DNA of 64,000 bases, from NCBI GenBank assembly GCA_964016885.1, contig OZ024742.1, positions 122,698,001 to 122,762,000 of the forward strand, given 5' to 3'. A model generated the notes under the pieces. That model did not search any database and was not told the DNA's origin. It saw only the letters and a program-made list of their open reading frames with translations. This DNA comes from Eledone cirrhosa. Its lineage: Eukaryota. Position 1 is the stretch's first letter. Every line of letters begins with the position of its first letter. Shown here in pieces: positions 13,001 to 30,644 of this stretch. The position numbers were made by a program, and so were the translations under genes.

Positions 13001-13800
13001 GGTAATTCGTCACTGTGAGGTACTGGTCGGATTGCTGACGAGATATCGGGGTATTGAAGTGTAGTTCGTGTCTTCACAGTTATTCCTTGGATGTTATATG
13101 GCAGAAGTAGCAATCGTTATTGTGGTCTTTTGGTTCTCGCCACACCATTGATACGGCAAATGGCAAACCAGAGCTTCGTTTCCCATTCTTCCATTCACTT
13201 AGGTTATTAACACATGACCTACACGCTATATGAGGCGCCTATTGCTTCTCCTGGTATCCTAATGGACATTTGAATTAGCATTTGTAGTTTACTCAAACTG
13301 CTTTTGAGATTGGTTTCTTTATGCTTTCTGGGGTAAAGATTCCACAAACATAGCAAAATCGGTCCGGGTCATTTACACATTTCCGGCGTTCCATCTCTCC
13401 CACTAGTCAAAGTTGTAGTGAATTATCCAAGAATAGCTGAGGATAGTTAAAATTCTGTGATCTGAAACAAAAGGAGTAAGTATAAATTAGTTAACAACTA
13501 AATATAGTGGATAGAATTGGATGAAATAATATGAGTCGCATAGCTCTGGGCCATAAATATCGATATGCTGGTTCTCGAAAACTAGACCCGATACAGCTTA
13601 ACCGTTGTAATATTAAGATTTTGCACACTTAATTACACTAGAATCATACTAAAATATAACAGAACCATGAAATGAATATATTTTTGTTTACCAGTGTAAT
13701 GCAGAAAATGCTGAAACCGGTAATAGACAATCATTAAATATATAAATGAATAAATAAATAATTGCCATACAACGAAAACTATTTTATTTTAAACATTTTC
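10062..13800 (+). mobile_element. Degenerate PLE (Neptune-like), 3' region interrupted by a Chapaev transposon
   Basis: GTAKGTKVAPSYANLLMGYLE, WKRYLDDCF, IYYKPTDSKQYL, CGRPNCGIC linker, YVLTCSG..Y..QT GIY-YIG; many stops and frameshifts. Confidence 0.85.
11697..13696 (-). mobile_element. Chapaev3-type DNA transposon (CMC superfamily), decayed transposase
   Basis: CACTGG...CCAGTG termini with TAA 3-bp TSD. Minus-strand MERRKCVNDPDRFCYVCG, WREPKDHNNDC, PPLHLKLGL, SDEHGERFHQDI. Confidence 0.85.
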
Positions 13801-13936
13801 TAACCCAGAAAAAAAGAGAAAGAAATAAAACGAAAAAAAATATTTTTCTTCCTAATAATCATCTTTTTCTCCATATTTTCATATATATATATATATTCGA
13901 ACTCGTGTGCTCCTTCTCCACATTTTATAATTATTT

Positions 13937-16147
<2,211 letters not shown>

Positions 16148-16148
<1 letters not shown>

Positions 16149-17048
16149 TTCGTTTCTGAATTTGTTTAGCAAGATTCTTTATCTGAAATCGTGTGTTGAA
16201 ACCGATATTGTTATACTTTGGGAGGGTCATGTTGCCAATAAGAAGCACACGCGCCAGTTGCTTTCACTTCAATATATTATATATTTATAAATTTACAAAT
16301 CTATAAATTTATAAATTTCTGGTTGGTTGGTTGGTTCCACAACCAGATAGTTGTTTATATATAGTCATAGTTCTTTCGTCACACACTCTGTGACCTCTTC
16401 AGTGGCTGGGGACTCCTTTCTTTGTTTCTGTGCCTCTCCTTTGTTCTGTCCTACGCCATTTTGTTTCTCTGTGTGTGTTGTGTGCTCAGTCTGCGCATGC
16501 GCCACATCCGGGTGTCTATGTGTGTTTATGTTGATTTATCTATTTGTTAATTTACATGTTACTGGTTGGTTGTTTGTTCTATGTGTGTGTGTGTTTTCAT
16601 TTTGTCCTTAATTGTAAGGTGTGATGTTGCTATTCCACTCATATTTTCTATTTAATTTTGGTTGTAATTCTATTATGTTTATTGCCTCTGTGATTTGTCT
16701 AAACATTGCGTCTTTTCTGTGTGTAGATTCTATTTTTATTTCTATGTTCTCTAATTTACCCTTGTGTTCTATCTTAGCATGTTGGTAGAGTACAGATGAT
16801 ACTTTATTATCTTGAAGGTCTCGCCAGTGTTCATTTATCCGATCCCCTACACTACGAGCTGTCTCACCTATGTACACTATATTTTTGTCTCTACATTGTC
16901 CTTCAGTACATCTTATGCTATACACTACATTTCTAGTTTTACAGTTAATATGGGGGCTTATTTTACAGGTTATACATTTCTTATCTATACATGAGGGTCT
17001 TTGAAAAGGGTATGTCTTGCTAATAAGTGTTTTTACGGAGGTACCAGT
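16148..17048 (-). mobile_element. PLE family B 3' part (GIY-YIG + pLTR + tail)
   Basis: ORF 16608..17108: CIDKKCITC, NVVYSIRC, YIGETARS, RQITEA, LNRKYEW. Tail reads [22 protein letters not shown]. Confidence 0.9.
16363..16407 (-). ncRNA. Minimal hammerhead motif, family B
   Basis: agcca-CTGAAGA-g-gtcaca-gagtg-tgtgac-GAAA-gaac-TA-tgact. Confidence 0.72.
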
Positions 17049-19409
17049 CGACGACCCGACAACAGGACCACCAACAAGACCCGTATGCGGAGCTAATATA
17101 GCTAGCAACTACAGGATCTCCTACTTCCTCTCAATGGTTATACGCCCCATAATCAAGATGTCCCCAGATGTATGTGACAGTACAGAGGACCTCCTCAGCA
17201 GAATCAGTGAGTGCAACAAAAACAGGAGCCTATCCAACTGCATAATAGGCAGCATGGATGTGGTGTCACTGTACCCATCCATTAACATTGATTTTGCTGT
17301 GAAAAGATGTGTGGAGATGATCATTGAGAGTGAGGTGGAGTTCTGCGACGTCGACACAGACGAACTGGGCCTCCTACTTAGACTTACCTACGACACTGAC
17401 TACCTAGACAGCCATGACCTTGGATGTTTCTGCCCTAGTAGACTTATAAGAGGTAGACCCCCCACCATAACCTCAATGGCAAAAAAGACTCCCATGGGAA
17501 GGTGGATTGGGTGGACCAAAGCTATACGGACCCCCCAAAACAATGATCAGGTAAAACAAATGGTCGCACATGCAATAGGGGCTAGTATCAAAACTACCCT
17601 AAAGGGTCACATATTTAAGTTCAATGAGAAAATCTACACCCAAAATGAGGGAGCAGCCATCGGCGTCAGCATAGCTGGTGATGTTGCCAACCTTTTCATG
17701 GTATGGTGGGAAAGGAGACTTAAAGATCTCCTTAATGAGAGCTCCATAGACCTCATCATGTACTCTCGTTATGTAGACGATATCAATATAGTTATAAGAA
17801 CACCCCCACTAGAGAGCACTAACAAGTTTGAATTAGAACGTAGCACGATGAAAAGTATCCAGCAGATAGCTAATTCCATACACCAGAGTATAACTGTAAC
17901 TATCGACTTCCCTTCCAAACACCCTAACATTAGACTACCTGTGTTAGACACAGAACTCCGGATTAACACTATAGACGAAAGAGCCCAAATTCTCCACTCT
18001 CACTATGCTAAACAAATGGCCTCCAAATACCTGATACTCAAAAACTCAGCAATGTCTAGTAGTGCTAAGTTTAATATTCTGATCGCAAATTTGGTACGGG
18101 TGATGAAGAATGTGTCCCGCATGTGCGAACCAACAGAAATGGAAAGACACATCCAACTCTTCATCAATGGCATGCAGATCTCTGGCTACAACCAAAAAGA
18201 CAGAGTCAGAGTATACGACGGAGCCATGGAGATGTATAAGCCCTCATAAAACTGGATATGAAAGGAATTTGCCCATTATACAGGAGCAAATCATGGAATA
18301 GTTTAGATAGGGCTAGACATAAGATAGGGAAAGCCACCTCATGGTACGACAACCAAAGATACCAGAGTGTCATGTTTGTGGACGCTACCCCTGGAGGGAA
18401 ATTAGCTAACCAGTGTAGAAAGGTGCTGAGAAAGACCCACTTAAAAATAAAGGTGGTAGAAAAGCCAGGAACCACCATAAAATCCCTGATCAGCAAAACC
18501 TACCCTTTTAAGAAAACCCACTGTACCAATAGGAAATGTATCATATGTAAGGTGAACCCCCGAATAAACTGTAAAACTAGAAATGTAGTCTATAGCATAA
18601 GATGTACAGAGGCTACCTGCAGAAACATGACAACAACATACATAGGTGAGACAGCTAGTAGCATAGGTGAAAGGATAGACCAATACTGGGGGGGGAACTA
18701 GAAGGACGAAAAAACGGGTCAGTACTATACGAACATGCTAGACAACAACATGACGGTAACATAGACAACATAGAAATTAGAATAATATCTAAACATAGAA
18801 ATGACCCAGCAGAAAGGCAAATCAGAGAGGCCAGTGAAATAGAAATTAGAAGACCAAGGCTAAACAGAAAGAATGAATGTAATAACAACAACACCCAAAC
18901 AAACTACACTGACCTAAGAGAAGTATAAATAAGTAAATAAAATCAAATAATTAAATAAATAAATAAATACATACACAAGCACAATAACAACAAGCACATA
19001 AACACACACTAGTCACCCATCACACAGCGAACAAAACTCTATACACACACGCAAACGCATGCGCAAAGAAGTCATAATAAAATAAACAACAAGCAAAATA
19101 AATAAATAAATATATAGACAGACTGAATAAAAATGGCGTAGACATACAATACAACAGGAGGTTAATATAACACCACTGACGATGTTGCAGATGTGCAATG
19201 AAAGATTTATGATAAACTATATATATGTGTTTGTGTCTATATTGTATCTGTATTATTTTTGACCGTCGGTCAGTCAATGGCATCATTGAGGACCGAGTAA
19301 GTTAGATTACAGATATAAAAGACAGCGAGAAGCGAAAACCAACCAAACAGTGAGTGTGTTCTGTTATTAATTCTGGCAATATTACACAAATATGACCCTC
19401 CCCAAGTAT

Positions 19410-19415
<6 letters not shown>
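17046..19415 (+). mobile_element. PLE family A, 5'-truncated (RT core, GIY-YIG, pLTR)
   Basis: ORFs 17017..18249 and 18258..18701; closely similar to 4699-7052. Confidence 0.95.
19172..19213 (+). ncRNA. Minimal hammerhead motif, family A
   Basis: acca-CTGACGA-tgttgcagatgtgcaat-GAAA-gatt-TA-tgat. Confidence 0.65.
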
Positions 19416-19495
<80 letters not shown>

Positions 19496-19602
19496 AAATA
19501 TTGCGTCTCTGCAAAGAAATACGGTTTTAGGAAGCCATAGCTATGAAAACACCGGGGTTGGCTGACGCCCTCTGCTGATGTCTAGCAGAAGTATGGGGGA
19601 CA

Positions 19603-19646
19603 ACCGTCTATGCATTTCAGGCTTAACTGGCCATCATCAGGACGGT
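19603..19646 (-). ncRNA. Minimal type I hammerhead
   Basis: accgtc-CTGATGA-t-ggc-cagttaa-gcc-t-GAAA-tgca-TA-gacggt. Confidence 0.88.
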
Positions 19647-19917
19647 CCCTCCCACCGCTTGCGACTAATGGACAGGGGAGAATATATAGTTTTCTTGTCT
19701 GTGTAAACGAGCTGATTAAATTAATTTGCATATTGAGCTGTATAAGTTGGCTCAACTTATAATAAAAAAGAAATAGGATTTCGCTTCAAGCATAGCTTTA
19801 TACGATATGTATAAATATTTCGTATCTCGAAAGAAATACGTTTTGAGTAAGCTGTAGCTATGCAAACACCGGGGGGCTAACGCCCTCTGGTGATGTCGAG
19901 CAGAAGCAAGGGGGACA

Positions 19918-19960
19918 ACCGTCTATGTATTTCGGGCTTAACTGGCCATCGTCAGGACGC
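19918..19960 (-). ncRNA. Minimal type I hammerhead (second unit)
   Basis: cgtc-CTGACGA-tggccagttaagccc-GAAA-taca-TA-gacg. Confidence 0.8.
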
Positions 19961-20002
19961 CCCCCCCCTATATATATATATATATATAAATATATATATA
20001 TA

Positions 20003-20290
20003 TGTAGAGGTTATATTTAATTTGTTGGGATACAAAAAGCAAAATATTTTATAACTGATATAAAACACTCAACAAATTATTGTAGTAAATATACAATATA
20101 TTAACAAATGGAAACTATATTTATAAAACCATATTTATTTCATTATACATATTTCAAGGTCCACCAAGGCAAATTATGGTGCGCTTTCATCAGATAAAAT
20201 ATAATATAGGTTAGTTTTATAAATAAATACCCTGTACATACCCTGAAAAAATGCAACAATTCTGGTTGGAATCTCCAGGAGATTCCAAAG
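20003..20290 (-). mobile_element. 3' pLTR fragment of the PLE family found at 45400-48197
   Basis: Reverse complement of 47920-48197. Confidence 0.8.
20136..20201 (-). ncRNA. Type I hammerhead
   Basis: tattttat-CTGATGA-aagcgcacca...tggtggacctt-GAAA-tatgta-TA-atgaaata. Confidence 0.8.
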
Positions 20291-20398
20291 TTTTAGTATA
20301 TACATAACCATAAATAGTATGCTTAATATTATACATATATATATATATATATATACATATATAATATATACATTTATATAATATACATATATATATAC

Positions 20399-20434
<36 letters not shown>

Positions 20435-20439
20435 ATATT

Positions 20440-22692
20440 ATATATAAGATCAAAAGATGGTTAAAAGAGTTCACTGTATTTTATTATGCGCATTTCAAAA
20501 ACAAATATCATCATGCTATGACATTTGCGTTTTCGTCAGATAAAATAGGGAGACATGATATGAAGGTTAAAAAAAATTGTGCATAGTGCAGTTTTAAATC
20601 AACATATGAAAAGTAGTTTTAGATTGATGTGTGATATTGGGGAAAAAATGGGGGGGATGAAAAAGAGGAGGAGATGAGAGTAAAGAATGGAGGGGAGGAG
20701 TATAATAAGGAAGGATGAGATAGGAGGAGAGATGGGTGATAGAGAGTGAGAGAGATAGCTTTTATAACTGAGAAAAATATATTGTTTTAGAGAGAGAGGT
20801 TAAAAAACCGTTGGAAGATAATATATAAATTAAAAGAATTTGAAAATTAACGAAGAGAAAAATTTAAGAATAATGTTAAATTAAGGTTTGTATATTGAAG
20901 AGTTTAATAATATGTGCGATGAAAAGAAATTGTTAATATGTATTAAGAATAATATTAAGTTAATATTTGAATATTGATGGGTTTAATAATATGTGCGATG
21001 GAAAGAAATTGTTATGTATTATTAAAAATAATAAAAATAGTAATGTAATTAAGAATATATTGTGAAAAGAAGTAGAGGAGTGGATGAATTATGAATTTAG
21101 AGGAATTAGTTAGTATTTAAGTTTGTTTTTATGTAATGTAATATGTCTGTGTAATATATGTAAATAGTTTGTTTACAAATGAGCGCAGAAAGCAAAGAAG
21201 GAGATAGTGTTTAAGGAGAAGACCTTAACATCAAAATATGTATGTTTATGAAGTATTTCCTAATGGTAATAATATAATGTAATAAAGGAGATTAGTTAGG
21301 GTTTAAGTTTGTTTTTATGTGTTGTGATGTGTAATATGCAGAAGTTAGACGAGCATGAGAGGGAGAAAAAAATAATGAATTGAGGAAGAATAATCTAACG
21401 TCAAAAAAATGTTTATGTTTACGAAGGATTTTTCAACATGATACTATAAAGTATTTAAAAAGGTCATAGTAAGTTTTATGGCCAGTGATAGGGTGGAAGA
21501 AGGAAGAGTGGATATACTGTGGTGAGTAATAATGAGAATTGAGAAGTATCTAGGAAGAAAAGGTACAGATTAGAGGTTAGAAATTTAAAAAAAAAAGGAA
21601 AAAAGGAAGAAAGGGAAGTGATAAATAGGAATGATATAGAATGAGTAACTAGTATTATATAATGTATAATAAATAACATTGAAATAAGGTAGAAAGATGG
21701 GTATATTTTTAAAGAAATATATATATATATATATATGTGCCTTTGAGAAAAAGGATTTTAAATTGGTAAAGTATTAGATTATTAGCTGTATACATTATGG
21801 AATGTTCTGTGGAATTTATGCAAGCAGAGAGAAAACAAGTCAGTGCGTCTATTTATTATAGAATCTAAATTAGATATAATGGTAAATTTCTCACATAAAC
21901 ATAGATTACATGTTTTGGATAGATAGGCATTCAAGGCAGAACAAACTTTCCTCCAAGAGATGTTATAGTTAATATTTTTGTCTTTCAAGGACCATATGAG
22001 TTCTGAGAGTGCCGTGTTGGTTTTTTAAGTTGGTATTTAAAAGACGAATGATGATTATAAAGACGAGCTTTAAAGGAGGTGGAAGTGGAGCCAAAATAGG
22101 TAAAGGTATTGGTGTCAGTTATAACTTTACATTCATAGATTAATTTTTTTTCAAGACAATAGTTGTTGAGAGGACATTTATTTTTAACAGAGCAATTACA
22201 ATTGCGATTAGAGAAATTAACAGAGTTATTAACAAGTGACCTAGTGTTATCTATAGGAGGAATTGGATTGGAGAAGTTATTTACGATAGGAATAATAGTT
22301 TCTTGATTTAGATTGGGATTAAGAACATTTAACGAAATTGCGTTTGACGTTGTATTTGGGTTTGCAGAAATTAATCTAGAGTTAACAATGACGTCGGGAG
22401 TACTATTACTATTATTATGATATTCAGTGTTGGAAGGAAGAGATTTAGTATTTAGTATTTTATTGTTGTGTTTAGAAATAATGTTGGAGATGTTGGAGGA
22501 GGTCGAATAGGAAAATGTTATAGTGTGTTTGTTATATATTTTACTATAGATATGTGAGGGAGGGAAGCATTTATTTAAGGCACTAAAGAATAATTTAGGA
22601 ATATTATTATTAATAGAGATGGAGAAAGGAGCATTATACCAGATTATGTTTTTGTATCTGCTATATTGTACCACAATAAAACTCACCTTCTA
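20440..22692 (-). mobile_element. 5'-truncated PLE with CxCx5C linker (Hydra-clade-like) and long 3' UTR
   Basis: ORFs 21985..22686 and 21782..21988: IIWYNAPFS, CNCSVKNKCPLNNYC, YFGSTSTSFKARLYNH, CNLCLCE. Short inverted tip at 22655-22692. Confidence 0.88.
20477..20547 (-). ncRNA. Type I hammerhead
   Basis: tattttat-CTGACGA-aaacgcaaatgtc...gatatttgttttt-GAAA-tgcgca-TA-ataaaata. Confidence 0.85.
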
Positions 22693-22717
22693 CATATATA
22701 TACATATATGTATATAC

Positions 22718-22816
<99 letters not shown>

Positions 22817-23311
22817 TTAGAAACACACAGATACATGCGGACACACACATATATACATGAATGCATCCGCACCCAACTGTGAGTTAAGGGTGCCAACTTC
22901 ACCGATGTTGCTCAATGAATGACTGGGACAGACCAATTCAGTTTGAACCAGACTGAACCAGTATCAGAGTTAAAAATACATTATGAAGAGAGAAGAAACA
23001 TTTAGATATATTTAGTAATAAAATGTATCATACCTAAACTGTTCCTAAATTCCTCGACTACGTAGTTTCGTGGCATAAATAAAAACAATATATCAAAGAT
23101 ATAGAGTCCTTGCGACTTCTCGCCTTCTTCACTACCTCTTCTACGGCCTCGATATGAATACCCCCTCCGCCTCCGTGGTATTTTCTTCGTGGTTATAAGA
23201 GGCTTAGCTCTGTTTCTCGACCGTTATATCGCGTGACTATCTCCCCCTCCGCCTTTTGGGATTCTTTCTCACGTCGTGTAGACGCGTTCTTGAGACTAGT
23301 AAAATGAGGTA

Positions 23312-23399
23312 TCCTCTTGATAAGTCGGCAGACCTCGCAAGGACTCTATATCTTTGATATATTGTTTTTGTTTATGCCACGAAACTACGTAGTCGAGGA
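23312..23399 (+). ncRNA. Type I hammerhead, U3-A8 variant
   Basis: Same motif as 7408-7496. Confidence 0.8.
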
Positions 23400-23902
23400 A
23401 TTTAGGAACAGTTTAGGTATGATACATTTTATTACTAATTATATCTAAATGTTTCTTCTCTCTTCATAATGTATTTTTAACTCTGATACTGGTTCAGTCT
23501 GGTTCAAACTGAATTGGTCTGTCCCAGTCATTCATTGAGCAACATCGGTGAAGTTGGCACCCTTAACTCACAGTTGGGTGCGGATGCATTCATGTATATA
23601 TGTGTGTGTCCGCATGTATCTGTGTGTTTCTAAATATATTAATAACTCCCCCTGGTCGAGCAATCTTTGAAGTGTGGGGACAACTGGAAAGCTTCCATTA
23701 CTCATACTTCTCGCCTTCTTCACTACCTCTTCTACGGCCTCGATATGAATACCCCCTCCGCCTCCGTGGTATTTTCTTCGTGGTTATAAGAGGCTTAGCT
23801 CTGTTTCTCGACCGTTATATCGCGTGACTATCTCCCCCTCCGCCTTTTGGGATTCTTTCTCACGTCGTGTAGACGCGTTCTTGAGACTAGTAAAATGAGG
23901 TA

Positions 23903-23990
23903 TCCTCTTGATAAGTCGGCAGACCTCGCAAGGACTCTATATCTTTGATATATTGTTTTTGTTTATGCCACGAAACTACGTAGTCGAGGA
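23903..23990 (+). ncRNA. Type I hammerhead, U3-A8 variant
   Basis: Same motif, 591 nt downstream of the previous copy. Confidence 0.8.
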
Positions 23991-24056
23991 ATTTAGGAAC
24001 AGTTTAGGTATGATACATTTTATTACTAATTGTATCTAAATGTTTCTTCTCTCTTC

Positions 24057-24180
<124 letters not shown>

Positions 24181-24209
24181 CATATATAAATATACATATA
24201 TATATATAC

Positions 24210-24271
<62 letters not shown>

Positions 24272-24287
24272 GGATAGATATATACAT

Positions 24288-24380
<93 letters not shown>

Positions 24381-24503
24381 GGAGGTGAGTTTTATTGTAG
24401 TACAATAAAGCAATGCAGATATCGGATAAGAAGCACACTACAGTTTGTAGGACTGGAGTATACATAATATATAAGATCAAAAGATGGTTAAATGAGTTCC
24501 ATG

Positions 24504-24574
24504 TATTTTATTATGCGCATTTCAAAAACAAATATCATCATACAATAACATTTGTGTTTTCATCAGATAAAATA
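24504..24574 (-). ncRNA. Type I hammerhead
   Basis: tattttat-CTGATGA-stem II-GAAA-tgcgca-TA-ataaaata. Confidence 0.85.
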
Positions 24575-24692
24575 GGAGGACATGATATGAAGGTTAAAAA
24601 CACTTGTGGATAGTGCAGTTTTAAATCAACATATATGTTGATTTAAAACTGCACTATCCACAAGTGTTTTTAACCTTCATATCATGTCCTCC

Positions 24693-24763
24693 TATTTTAT
24701 CTGATGAAAACACAAATGTTATTGTATGATGATATGTTTTTTAGAAATGCGCATAATAAAATA
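24693..24763 (+). ncRNA. Type I hammerhead (mirror copy)
   Basis: tattttat-CTGATGA-aaacacaaatg...-GAAA-tgcgca-TA-ataaaata; stem II carries some mutations. Confidence 0.75.
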
Positions 24764-24798
24764 CATGGAACTCATTTAACTATCTTTTGATCTTATAT

Positions 24799-26268
<1,470 letters not shown>

Positions 26269-26458
26269 GAGAGAGATAATTTAATATATCTACTAACATA
26301 AGCGCACAGATGTACGCTAATACAAGCATATACACAGGTTATGTCATAGTACCTAGGTGGTTCAATGCAGGAGAATGCAGAACAATAATATAAAAGACGT
26401 AAAATAAGAAAATATTTTAAAAAAGATTTTAAAAAAAATTAACTTACTTTAATTTTCA

Positions 26459-26538
26459 CTCCAACTAATTAGTTTCTGCAATGGGATAAAGACAGTTACG
26501 TAATGAACTGTTGAGAATTTCATTGCATCATCAGGGAG
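26459..26538 (-). ncRNA. Type I hammerhead
   Basis: ctcc-CTGATGA-tgcaatg...cattgca-GAAA-ctaattag-TT-ggag. Confidence 0.82.
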
Positions 26539-26748
26539 GTCATTCTCAGCCGAGTCTCCAGGCGATGCGCGGACACTGGGGACTCATATAAAAATAATAA
26601 TAATTCGGTAAATGGAACAGCAGTGGCAGTGAGAATTTTCAGTAGCTGGAATCCAGTCCTCGATAGCTGTTCCATTTACCGAATTATTATTATTTTTATA
26701 TGAGTCCCCAGTATCCGTGCATCGCCTGGAGACTCGGCTGAGAATGAC

Positions 26749-26827
26749 CTCCCTGATGACGCAATGAAATTCTCAACAGTTCATTACGTAACTGTTTTAT
26801 CCCATTGCAGAAACTAATTAGTTGGAG
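26749..26827 (+). ncRNA. Type I hammerhead
   Basis: ctcc-CTGATGA-cgcaatg...cattgca-GAAA-ctaattag-TT-ggag. Confidence 0.8.
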
Positions 26828-27351
26828 TGAAAATTTAAGTAAGTAAGTTAATTTTTTTTAAAAATATTTTAAAAAATATTTTCTTATTTTACGTCTTTTA
26901 TATTATTGTTCTGCATTCTCCTGCATTGAACCACCTAGGTACTATGACTTAACCTGTGTATTTGCTTGTATTAGCGTACATCTGTGCGCTTATGTTAGTA
27001 GATATATTAAATTATCTATATTTAACTCCAAATCACTGATTTATCGAGCAAACCTGCCAAAAGCACTTCTAAAAATTTTTTGGGTGTGTTAGTAGGCACC
27101 TGTCATCTTACCATCCCATTCCTACTGACTAGCATCTGTGTCACGTGATTGATTCTTTAGAATCGGCTATATGACCAGTGGCAGTGAGAATTTTCAGTAG
27201 CTGGAATCCAGTCCTCGATAGCTGTTCCATTTACCGAATTATTATTATTTTTATCTGTTTTATCCCATTGCAGAAACTAATTAGTTGGAGTGAAAATTTA
27301 AGTAAGTTAATTTAAAAAAAAAATTTTTTTTAAATATTTTCTTATTTTACG

Positions 27352-28149
<798 letters not shown>

Positions 28150-28412
28150 GGAAGATGGACATTGTTTAGTGTACCGAACTTAGATGGTACACCGTTCATC
28201 CAATTTTCATGAAACCTCACACATATATAAAACTCAAGGCGTAGAGTGGAATAGGCTACTTGAAATTTTTGAAAAATCGATAATCGGGCCCTATGACAGA
28301 ATGATTTTCGATTCCAATGAAATTTTATGTGAATTCGAACACAAGAACTCTTAGTTTACATCTGGCGCATTAAAAATAAGTTTCATATGCCCATATAAGG
28401 ACGTGCGTTATT

Positions 28413-30331
28413 GATTGGACGGCCAGCTGCATGTCTTCCCAGCTGTCTCAGTAAAGAGTTTATCTTTTCATATACTGAGGGCGGCTGGCTTTGGGCCCGT
28501 CTTCAGAGGCTGGATCGTTGCCATGCACAGCGACATCTGCTCTGTGGTGAGAGTGAACGGTCACCTTTCGGAACCGTTCAACATCATGCGCTCGGTCTGC
28601 AAAGGATGTCCCCTCTCGTCTCTCTTGTAGGTATAGACTGTCGAGCTATTACTGCACAAACTGGAGACTTTGAGGGGCGTCCCGCACGAACTACGATGCG
28701 GAAGATCCGTGTCAGCTTATGCGGACGATGTCACCGTAGTGGTGTCGAACGCTAAACACATCGAGGCGATCGGCACTACACTAAGAGAATACGAAGCGGT
28801 GACAGGAGCAATGATCAACCAGGAAAAGTCAGTGGGCATGGAGCTCGGCACCTGGAGAGGCAGGTCCATGCCGTCCAACAGCGTCGTCGGACGCTGGACG
28901 GACGGACCGGTTAATTGCTAGGGGTCTGGTTCGGTCCGGACCTCCAGACGGACAAAAACTGGGACGAGGTGACGAGCAGGGTGGCTTCTCTCACCCAGAA
29001 ATGGGCCGAGAGGAAGCTATCCCTGAAAGGTCGAGCGGACGTGGCCAACGCGTACATCGCGTCTGTCATCTGCTACCGCCTGACCGTCGTACCTTGTCCT
29101 AAGCCCCGCCTGACTGCGATGAAGCGTTTGCTCTTCGCTTTTTGTAGAAGGGACGCGCTCCGATGGTCAGGCGCTCCATCTGCTGTCAACACCCGCCACG
29201 TGGAGGGCTGGGAATGCCGTGGCTGATGATGCGCAGACACGCGCTCAGGCTACGACATCTCCACCTCTTCCTCGACGGTGATCAGGTGTGGTCGCCGTTT
29301 GCTAGACACGTATTTCCCCAGCTCGTTTCCTTGCCGGAGCTGCAGTCCTGGGTCAAGCGAAGACCGAGAGAGAGCGCCTGGAGACTGGAATGTCTTCAGG
29401 CGCTCACAGCCCTCGACCAATCGGGCAATGTGATCGGTGGAAACTCCACCTCGGCGTTCTATAGCGGATTAGTGGAAAGGAAGAACGATGACGTACTTGG
29501 GGAAACTCTAGGCGTCGACGAAAATCAACTAGCCAATCTCTTCGGAAGAACTTTCGGGCCGGGACCTGTGGACAACTTCCAGAAATCTCTGGCCTGGCTG
29601 TGCTACCGAGGAGCCTTGCCAGTACGGGATAAACTCTACAGGCATGGAGGTGCCGCCAGCCGGGCATGTCCGAGATGCGCGCAGGGCGACGAAACCGTCC
29701 TGCACGCACTCGTCCAGTGTCCGAAATTTGCTGACTTGTGGGTTTATGTCGAACACCTGTTGTCGCGTGTAGGACGGATCCGGCTATCATCTGAGTCCAT
29801 CGTGAGGATTGACCCGCCCTCTTCCTTTAGCCGGGAAGGGCAGGCAGTGTTTATCTGTCTGGTGGCCATGGCGAAAGAGATAGTAAGGTGGACACGTTTG
29901 AAAGGGCTGAAGACGAGCACTTACCTCTTCGGTGATGCCCTGATTGACTTTTTTAAATTTCATTTGAAAAGCCAAATCAGAGTAGAGAGCGAGGTGCTCT
30001 CTTCCCAGCATTTTGTTGAAAGATGGGTGAGAGAAGCACGAATGGCCCGAGTGAATGGGTCTACTCTGAGTATGTGTCTGTAAATTAAAAGTGGAAAACT
30101 GGGAGAGGGCACGTGCCTTGGTGGTCAGGGTCACTGTGGCCTTTTACTGGGCTTTCTCCACAAATGTCCCTGCGAAGTTTCCCCCCTATTGGGGAATTTT
30201 CATTGTTATTTTTTTGTTACATCCTCTGTTTTTGTTTTTTACACGCAGAAATTCCCATTTGTACCGTTCTGTATTGTCCTGCACTGTCCTTAATGTCTAC
30301 TTTATGTAAACCCTTGTGGTTAATAAAGAAA

Positions 30332-30381
<50 letters not shown>
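28413..30381 (+). mobile_element. 5'-truncated Tx1/L1-clade LINE (RT C-half + zf-RVT) with (TTA)n tail
   Basis: RSVCKGCPLSSLL, SAYADD, LGVWFG, LSLKGR, GGLGMP, CPRCAQGDETVLHALVQC; GC-rich; tail at 30333-30381. Confidence 0.9.
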
Positions 30382-30383
<2 letters not shown>

Positions 30384-30644
30384 AAGATAGGAGGCCATAA
30401 TCGGTTGACAGTGGCATTGGACCCGTGCAAAGCCTTTACTCACTTCAAAATGCTTCAAGCACAGACATCGCTTGATATATGATATGTTTGCGATGCATGG
30501 AATTGTTGGCCATAGGCAAGTCCCTAACAGGACTAAAAGGCAGCCTTCGTGATGCCTATGCCCCAGTATCAGGCCATGGCGTTACTGAAAATTGAATTGC
30601 AGCCATCATGTATGCAAGTATGTGTGCATGTATATATATATATA

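Larger units (their letters stand above)
19490..19968 (-). mobile_element. Tandem about 315-nt non-coding unit with one HHR per unit (retrozyme-like)
   Basis: 19497-19646 is repeated, with divergence, at 19813-19960; no ORF. Confidence 0.75.
24378..24801. mobile_element. Fold-back pLTR pair of the 20440-22692 PLE family
   Basis: Near-perfect palindrome centred at 24633/24634; homologous to 20440-20606. Confidence 0.85.
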
